Positions 34,672 through 39,344 of a stretch of DNA of 39,344 bases are shown here, piece by piece. The DNA is taken from contig CALVOC010000002.1 of the NCBI GenBank assembly GCA_944350145.1, forward strand, positions 1 to 39,344. Reading direction: 5' to 3'. The notes beneath the pieces are model-generated. The model was not told the origin of the DNA. It made no database searches and saw nothing but the letters and a program-made list of their open reading frames with translations. The stretch's first letter is position 1. Each line of letters begins with the position of its first letter. The position numbers and the translations under genes were made by a program. This DNA is from an uncultured Bacilli bacterium. GTDB taxonomy: Bacteria > Bacillota_I > Bacilli_A > RF39 > UBA660.

Positions 34672-35387
34672 GAATTTTAGCAAGAATTTCTTATGATGGA
34701 AGTAAGTTCATGGGCTTTCAACGTTTAGAAAATGGTAAAGGTGTTCAAAATGAGTTAGAGAGAGTATTAAGTATTCTTGCTAAAAAGGAAGTAGTTATTA
34801 AGGGTGCTGGAAGAACAGATGCTGGAGTTCATGCCTTAGATCAATGCGTTCATTTTGATTTAGATTTATCTGTTTCGTTAAAAAAATTAAAGTATATTAT
34901 GAATAGAATGCTATCTCCCTATATTGCTGTTCAATCTTTAGAACAAGTGGATAAGGATTTTCATGCTCGTTTTCTAGTAAAAGAAAAAACTTATGTTTAT
35001 AAAATTTATTGTGGAAAAAAGAATCCATTTTATAGCGATTATGCTTATTTTTTTCCGTATACTTTGGATTTAGAAAAAATGCAGGAATGTGCTAATTTAT
35101 TTTTAAAAGAACATGATTTTCATAATTTTGTAAGTGGATCTAGGGATTCTTATCAATCGTTTATTTCTTCTTTGAAAATTAGAAAAGACAAGAATTTTAT
35201 AACTATTGAAGTTTGTGGTAAAAGTTTTTATCGATATATGGTTAGAAGTATTGTAGGGGCTATATTGGATGTTGGAAGGGGAGCTGCAACTTGTTCTTCT
35301 GTTTCTAATGCTTTAAATACTTCTGAAGAAAAAAGATTTTCCGTTGTCCCAGCAATGGGATTATATTTAACAAAAATTGTTTATTGA
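34668..35387 (+). CDS. truA: tRNA pseudouridine(38-40) synthase TruA
   Basis: Contains YDGSKFMGFQ and the catalytic GAGRTDAGVHA. Its ATGA start overlaps the upstream ORF. Confidence 0.93.
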   Translation: MRILARISYDGSKFMGFQRLENGKGVQNELERVLSILAKKEVVIKGAGRTDAGVHALDQCVHFDLDLSVSLKKLKYIMNRMLSPYIAVQSLEQVDKDFHARFLVKEKTYVYKIYCGKKNPFYSDYAYFFPYTLDLEKMQECANLFLKEHDFHNFVSGSRDSYQSFISSLKIRKDKNFITIEVCGKSFYRYMVRSIVGAILDVGRGAATCSSVSNALNTSEEKRFSVVPAMGLYLTKIVY

Positions 35388-35439
35388 TGAAAAATGAATC
35401 AATTTCTTATGATTTTCATGTCAAAAATGCTTTTTTTGT

Positions 35440-35468
35440 TTGACTTTCAAGCTATATTCGCATATAAT
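35440..35468 (+). promoter_or_regulatory. Consensus sigma-A promoter of rplM-rpsI (TTGACT, 17 bp, TATAAT)
   Basis: -35 at 35440-35445 and -10 at 35463-35468, followed by a leader of about 80 nt before rplM. Confidence 0.7.
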
Positions 35469-35551
35469 TTTAATCGGTACATTTTATTTATCTGGAGAAC
35501 GTATGCCTTGGGAAAGCAAAAGTTTAAAAGAAAGATGAAAGGATTTTAAAC

Positions 35552-35983
35552 ATGAGTACATTTTTACAAAAAAAAGAAAACGTTGAACGTAAATGGTATG
35601 TTATTGATGCTAGTGGTATTTCTTTAGGTCGTGTTGCTAGTAAGGCTGCTACAGTTTTACGCGGTAAACATAAACCTACATATACACCTAGTGTTGATTG
35701 TGGAGATTATGTAATCATTATTAATGCTGACAAAGTAAAATTAACTGGTAATAAGTTAGAAGATAAGATGTATTATAATCATTCTGGTTATCCAGGAGGA
35801 CTTAGAGAACGTAATGCAAAAGAAATGATTCAAAATTATCCTGAAGAAATGATGGAAAGAGCTGTTAAGGGTATGATGCCTCATGGACGCCTTGGCAGAC
35901 AAATGGGTAAAAAGTTGTTTGTGTATCGTGGAACTGACCATAAACATCAAGCACAAAAACCTATAGAATTAAAGGTAATGTAA
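35552..35983 (+). CDS. rplM: 50S ribosomal protein L13
   Basis: 143-aa ORF containing [10 protein letters not shown]...[18 protein letters not shown]. Confidence 0.97.
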   Translation: MSTFLQKKENVERKWYVIDASGISLGRVASKAATVLRGKHKPTYTPSVDCGDYVIIINADKVKLTGNKLEDKMYYNHSGYPGGLRERNAKEMIQNYPEEMMERAVKGMMPHGRLGRQMGKKLFVYRGTDHKHQAQKPIELKVM

Positions 35984-35993
35984 GGAGGACGTT

Positions 35994-36410
35994 ATGGCAA
36001 AACAAAGTTGGAAAGCTACAGGTAGAAGAAAAAGAGCTGTTGCTCAAGTTACATTAACAAGTGGTACTGGAAATATTACTGTAAATGGCGTTGATGTAAA
36101 TGAATATATGCCTGATAAAATTTTAGTTTTAGATTTAAAACAACCATTAACTTTAACAAATAATGAGAATCGTTTCGATATAACAGTTACTGTTAAAGGC
36201 GGCGGATATGCTGGTCAAGCCGGTGCTATTCGTCTAGGAATTACTAGAGCATTACTTTTATTTGATGCAAATACAGATCAAACTGCAGATACAGCTTATC
36301 GTAAAATTTTAAAACCAGCTGGTATGATTACAAGAGATCCACGAGTTAAAGAACGTAAAAAATATGGTCTTAAAAAAGCTCGTCGTGCTCCACAATTTAG
36401 TAAACGTTAG
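35994..36410 (+). CDS. rpsI: 30S ribosomal protein S9
   Basis: 138-aa ORF with [31 protein letters not shown] and C-terminal [11 protein letters not shown]. Confidence 0.97.
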   Translation: MAKQSWKATGRRKRAVAQVTLTSGTGNITVNGVDVNEYMPDKILVLDLKQPLTLTNNENRFDITVTVKGGGYAGQAGAIRLGITRALLLFDANTDQTADTAYRKILKPAGMITRDPRVKERKKYGLKKARRAPQFSKR

Positions 36411-36429
36411 CAAAAAGTTTTCTTTTATA

Positions 36430-36465
36430 CCCTATAAATCCTGTGTTTATGGGGTTTTCTTTTGT
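36430..36465 (+). terminator. Rho-independent terminator of rplM-rpsI
   Basis: Hairpin CCCTATAAA-(7 nt)-TTTATGGGG followed by TTTTCTTTTG. Confidence 0.7.
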
Positions 36466-36500
36466 TTAAGAATATGTCTAAACTCCATAAAATTTGGTTC

Positions 36501-36533
36501 GTAACCCACAAGTAACCCACAAGTAACCCACAA
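36501..36533 (+). repeat. Perfect 3 x 11-bp tandem repeat GTAACCCACAA
   Basis: Read directly. It lies 22 bp from the integrase stop codon at the chromosome/prophage junction. Confidence 0.9.
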
Positions 36534-36555
36534 ATCAAGATAATAAAAAAAGAAC

Positions 36556-37605
36556 TTATTTCAGGTAATTAACTGCCTCTATAAGTTCTTCTATATCTTT
36601 ATGAGTATAAACTTTATCTGTTATATCTGTACTAGCATGTCCCATTATTCTTTTTATACATAATTTATTAGCAGGTGTTCTGTCCATACGAGTGGCAAAA
36701 GTATGTCTTGTGTCATGAGGTTTATGATTTTTTGAAAACTCTAACTGTTCCATCATAATATCCCATTTTTCTCTTCTATAATTAGAGTATTTCATTTGTT
36801 TGCCTAAAGAATTAACGATTAAATAATCGCATTCAACTTCAACTGCTTTATCATAATATCTTTGGATAAGTGGTATTATTCTTTTATGAAGTGGTATTAC
36901 TCTATCTATTCCTGCTTCTGTTTTTAATCCACCGATCATATATTCTTTATCAATATGAACATTTTCAATTTTAATGTCTAATAATTCGCTTATTCTTAAG
37001 CCTGTGTAAATAAGTATCAATATAGTATCAATAAAATCCATTCTGTCGATATTTTCCCATAACTTGTCTATTTCTTCTTCCTCAAATGGTATTCGTACTA
37101 ATTTGGTCGTTTTTTTGCCTATGTCGATGTATTCTGAATATTTTTTAACATCTATATCATGTTTAATTGCATAATCGTACATTTGATGCCACATAATTTT
37201 GAATGCTTTTTTTGCACTCCATTTATCACCCATGCCATCAACTATTGCTTGCAAATGAGTTAGTCTAACATCGACAAACGGTATATCTTTTATATCTTGA
37301 CAATAATTCCAACACATATTGTATACTTGATGTGTTTTTTTAGAAATTTTAGGATATTTTTCATCTTGCCATTTTTGGTGAAGTTCTTCAACGGTTATTT
37401 TTTTAGCATCAATGTTATAAGGATTTTCATTAAATAATGCTAATGCTTGTAATGCTTGCTGTCTTGTTTCAAAATATCCAATAGTTTGCCTCTTTTGTAC
37501 TCCGTTTTCATTCCATCCAATAGTTTTTCTTACTCTATAAGGGTTTCTTCTATTTCCTGATAATTTTTCGATTATTCCGTAGTTATTAGGTAGTTTTATA
37601 AGACA
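36556..37605 (-). CDS. int: Phage tyrosine integrase. The reading frame is open for 349 codons but has no in-frame ATG at its 5' end.
   Basis: Catalytic residues are TGLRISELL (Arg), HDTRHTFATR (H-x-x-R) and HASTDITDKVYTH (Tyr). My translation upstream of the ORF-track ATG (37317) stays open and reads KLPNNYGIIEKLSGNRRNPYRVRKTIGWNENGVQKRQTIGYFETRQQALQALALFNENPYN, a typical integrase N-terminal domain. The SD-preceded ATG at 37606 is in a different frame (see findings). Confidence 0.85.
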   Translation of the reverse strand, partial: CLIKLPNNYGIIEKLSGNRRNPYRVRKTIGWNENGVQKRQTIGYFETRQQALQALALFNENPYNIDAKKITVEELHQKWQDEKYPKISKKTHQVYNMCWNYCQDIKDIPFVDVRLTHLQAIVDGMGDKWSAKKAFKIMWHQMYDYAIKHDIDVKKYSEYIDIGKKTTKLVRIPFEEEEIDKLWENIDRMDFIDTILILIYTGLRISELLDIKIENVHIDKEYMIGGLKTEAGIDRVIPLHKRIIPLIQRYYDKAVEVECDYLIVNSLGKQMKYSNYRREKWDIMMEQLEFSKNHKPHDTRHTFATRMDRTPANKLCIKRIMGHASTDITDKVYTHKDIEELIEAVNYLK

Positions 37606-37689
37606 TCACCACCTAAATGTAGATTGTATTTCATATATCAAAATCCTCCTATTTCTTGTGTTTTTCTTTTGCTTTTGATATAATGAAAT

Positions 37690-37792
37690 AGAAAAATCCA
37701 TAACATTATATCTTATATTTTGTTTTTTAGTTTTGCGGACTAAAAGTGATTTTTCATTCAAGACTTACTGTTCGAGCAGTAGGTCTTTTTTT
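37690..37792 (+). ncRNA. Candidate prophage small RNA of about 100 nt (promoter plus intrinsic terminator, no ORF)
   Basis: -35 TTGTGT at 37656-37661, 17-bp spacer, extended -10 TGATATAAT at 37676-37684. The terminator is an 11-bp stem, AAGACTTACTG/CAGTAGGTCTT (37760-37787), followed by a T-run. The transcript would contain the 23-nt element at 37723-37745. Confidence 0.35.
37723..37745 (+). repeat. Copy A of a 23-bp perfect inverted repeat (TTTTTTAGTTTTGCGGACTAAAA)
   Basis: It is the exact reverse complement of 38849-38871. Confidence 0.9.
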
Positions 37793-38456
37793 ATTCTTCC
37801 ATATAACTTATGCTGGAAATTTTTACTCTAGCGATACCAATTACTTTGACTGGCAAGTTTATTATTTCTTCTTTAGTATATGACGTAGGAAGATATCCAT
37901 CATCATTTTCAATATTTAGTGGTATTAATCTAATACCGTCTTCTTTTAATTTAAGAACCTTGAAAGTTGCATCGTCACCATTTACCATCACGCAGCAATC
38001 TTTATTATTGGCATATTGAAAATCATTTGTTTCTTCAAAAATAACGGTATCATTTGGCATATACTTCGGGCTCATGCTATTACCACTAATTTTTAAACCA
38101 TAATATTTTTTACTTTGCCTTATCCATTCTTTTGGTATTTCTACATAATCTAAAATATCTTCTTGTGCTTCAATTGGTGTACCTGCTTTTATCACTCCTA
38201 AAACTGGCACTTTCACTCTCTCTACATTTAAGTCGATTAATTCGGCATTATCAAATCTTAAATCTGAGCCTATGAAGTCGGGAACGGGAACGTCGAGTGC
38301 TTCTGCTACCTTTATTACATTTTCAACTGTCGTATCCATTCCTTTTTCCCATAGTGAGATAGTAGATTGATCAACGCCAATTTTTTTGGCTAATTCTTTT
38401 TGAGAGATCCCTTTTTGTTTTCTGATATATGGAAGATTATTATTGAAGTAACTCAT
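37791..38456 (-). CDS. Phage repressor, XRE-type HTH fused to an S24 (LexA/CI-like) autopeptidase domain
   Basis: The N-terminal HTH reads KGISQKELAKKIGVDQSTISLWEKG. The C-terminal S24 domain has ISGNSMSP (Ser) and TFKVLKL (Lys). It is divergent from the cro-like gene. Confidence 0.85.
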   Translation of the reverse strand: MSYFNNNLPYIRKQKGISQKELAKKIGVDQSTISLWEKGMDTTVENVIKVAEALDVPVPDFIGSDLRFDNAELIDLNVERVKVPVLGVIKAGTPIEAQEDILDYVEIPKEWIRQSKKYYGLKISGNSMSPKYMPNDTVIFEETNDFQYANNKDCCVMVNGDDATFKVLKLKEDGIRLIPLNIENDDGYLPTSYTKEEIINLPVKVIGIARVKISSISYMEE

Positions 38457-38512
38457 TCAATCCCCTCTTTCATGATATATTATAACGTTTTCAACGAAAT
38501 TTTACAACAAAA

Positions 38513-38565
38513 AAATGAAAATACTCATATTTTATATTGACAATATGAGAATACTCATATATAAT
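38513..38565 (+). promoter_or_regulatory. Rightward early promoter (TTGACA, 17 bp, TATAAT) with an operator palindrome ATATGAGAATACTCATAT in its spacer, plus an upstream variant half-operator
   Basis: -35 at 38537-38542 and -10 at 38560-38565. The 18-bp palindrome is at 38543-38560 and a 16/18 variant is at 38513-38530. Confidence 0.7.
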
Positions 38566-38592
38566 GAGGCTGTAATAGGGGAGGTGAAGATA

Positions 38593-38847
38593 TTGAATTA
38601 TTCAGTCTTAATTGGTAATGAATTACGAGCTATCAGAAATAGACATAATATGAGTTTAAAAGAATTGCAAGATAAAACTGGTATATATGCTCAAACTTTG
38701 TCTGAATATGAAAATAACAAAGTTAAAATTAAAGTTTGTATTTTAGAAAAAATATTAACTTATGGCTATGGAATTGACTTGTTTTATTTTTTTAAGGCAA
38801 TATATGAGAATACTCATATTTCGGAGTCTAATAAATTAGTTAAATAA
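38593..38847 (+). CDS. Cro/CI-type XRE HTH regulator (cro-like)
   Basis: HTH NMSLKELQDKTGIYAQTLSEYENNK. TTG 38593 is preferred because GGGGAGGTG lies upstream, whereas the ORF-track ATG 38515 lies within the promoter/operator region. Confidence 0.7.
   Translation: MNYSVLIGNELRAIRNRHNMSLKELQDKTGIYAQTLSEYENNKVKIKVCILEKILTYGYGIDLFYFFKAIYENTHISESNKLVK
38802..38819. promoter_or_regulatory. Second exact copy of the operator palindrome ATATGAGAATACTCATAT, inside the 3' end of the cro-like gene
   Basis: Identical 18-mer, 259 bp downstream of the promoter copy. Confidence 0.55.
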
Positions 38848-38848
38848 A

Positions 38849-38871
38849 TTTTAGTCCGCAAAACTAAAAAA
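38849..38871 (+). repeat. Copy B of the 23-bp inverted repeat (TTTTAGTCCGCAAAACTAAAAAA)
   Basis: It begins 2 nt after the cro-like stop codon and ends 30 nt before the next start codon. Confidence 0.9.
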
Positions 38872-38900
38872 ACAAAAACAAATATAAGAAAGGATTTTTT

Positions 38901-39113
38901 ATGAAAAAAATAACAATTAAAGAAGCATCAAAATTGATACATAAATCACCACAATTTATAAGAGTTGGATTACAAACCGGTAGATTGCCATTTGGTACCG
39001 CTGTTAAGGTTAAAGAAAGATGGAATTATCTAATCTATCCCGACTTGTTTTATCAATATTTAGGCATTAAGGATATTCAAGAGGAGAGTAGTAATGAAAA
39101 CGCAAATAATTAA
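38901..39113 (+). CDS. Small HTH DNA-binding protein (excisionase/HTH_17-like)
   Basis: 70-aa ORF. ITIKEASKLIHKSPQFIRVGLQTGRLPFGTA resembles the excisionase-type winged helix. The position after cro fits. Confidence 0.45.
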   Translation: MKKITIKEASKLIHKSPQFIRVGLQTGRLPFGTAVKVKERWNYLIYPDLFYQYLGIKDIQEESSNENANN

Positions 39114-39285
39114 AAAAAGAAGATTTAAGTGGGAATTAGTAGTGGGAATAGTGCTATTTGCCTGGATAATTTATAGCCTAATTGGAATTACTTTTGGACC
39201 AGAAAAGACAAAAGAAAACGGTAATGTTTGTAAAGGATATAACTATGGCCTTAAGGTTTGCCGTGGTGATATTAATAGAGATTAG
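39094..39285 (+). CDS. Hypothetical small membrane protein (phage)
   Basis: GAGGAG RBS and one TM segment (WELVVGIVLFAWIIYSLIGITF). Confidence 0.4.
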   Translation: MKTQIIKKRRFKWELVVGIVLFAWIIYSLIGITFGPEKTKENGNVCKGYNYGLKVCRGDINRD

Positions 39286-39320
39286 GGGTTGTCGAATGCT
39301 TTTGAGAAAGGAGCAATTAT

Positions 39321-39344
39321 ATGACAGAAGAATTTATTAAAAAA
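39321..39344 (+). CDS. 5' end of a further phage ORF (partial, MTEEFIKK...)
   Basis: ATG preceded by AAAGGAG. The ORF is truncated by the window end. Confidence 0.25.

Larger units (their letters stand above)
36466..39344. mobile_element. Left end of an integrated temperate phage or phage-like element (lysogeny module), continuing beyond the window
   Basis: Tyrosine integrase, a divergent XRE/S24 repressor and cro-like gene with operator palindromes, and an xis-like HTH gene, all immediately after a core ribosomal operon terminator. The exact att boundary is not determinable from one end. Confidence 0.75.

Noticed and set aside
36491-36512. GGTTCGTAACCC resembling a tRNA T-arm (GGTTCGAATCC), possibly a tRNA 3' fragment at the att site
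   Set aside because: The flanking bases cannot form a T stem, and there is no acceptor stem or CCA context. The sequence is better explained as the start of the 11-bp tandem repeat.
37607-37655. 12-codon mini-ORF (MKYNLHLGGDVL) with an AGGAGG upstream, overlapping the integrase 5' region
   Set aside because: It is in the third frame and too short to evaluate. It is probably fortuitous, and it does not rescue the integrase reading frame.
1179-37980. ORF-track entries antisense to or nested in well-supported genes: 1179-1442, 3159-3362, 5285-5512, 8036-8371, 10990-11184, 13115-13345, 14187-14450, 14667-15056, 16238-16429, 16762-17127, 16802-17044, 23970-24251, 26832-27032, 29146-29352, 35756-35956, 37810-38019
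   Set aside because: All lie inside or opposite strongly identified conserved genes. Their products are low-complexity or hydrophobic, typical of AT-rich antisense frames, and none has an RBS or a recognisable motif.

Overview
This window is the replication-origin region of a very AT-rich (roughly 70% A+T by eye), standard-genetic-code, low-GC Gram-positive (Bacillota) chromosome that keeps sporulation genes (bofA, spoVT, yabG, spoVG, yabP, yabQ). It ends in the left end of an integrated prophage. The left arm, on the minus strand, is rsmG-mnmG-mnmE-jag-yidC-rnpA-rpmH. A bipartite oriC flanks dnaA: one DnaA-box cluster lies upstream of dnaA, and a second cluster plus an AT-rich unwinding element lies between dnaA and dnaN. 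The right arm, on the plus strand, runs dnaN, a ComK-like gene, recF, gyrB, gyrA, a 0.8-kb non-coding island, a minimal SRP RNA, then tadA-dnaX-ybaB-recR-bofA-holB-ricT-trmN6-pth-mfd-spoVT. It continues with T-box-metG-tatD, a 3D-domain protein, rsmA-yabG-veg-spoVG, an orphan ORF, yabP-yabQ-divIC, two degenerate ECF-type ABC ATPases, and truA-rplM-rpsI. The prophage lysogeny module (tyrosine integrase, XRE/S24 repressor, cro-like HTH, xis-like HTH) begins at about 36.5 kb. The gene order is a strongly compacted version of the B. subtilis origin-proximal order. The most unusual content is DNA-level rather than protein-level. (1) The gyrA-ffs island holds seven parS palindromes in 0.7 kb. Six of them have a fixed DnaA-box-like flank, and the array is bracketed by two Noc-binding-site (NBS) 16-mers. 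(2) Four perfect and two near-perfect NBS 16-mers occur across the window, including inside CDSs in three different codon phases. (3) Perfect TGTGGATAA DnaA boxes are embedded, always as Val-Asp-Lys/Asn codons, in dnaA, the comK-like gene, recF and dnaX. (4) The prophage has a promoter-plus-terminator unit predicted to make a roughly 100-nt RNA with 23 nt of perfect complementarity to the early-operon mRNA. All functional assignments rest on motif and sequence recognition by eye. No database search was run.
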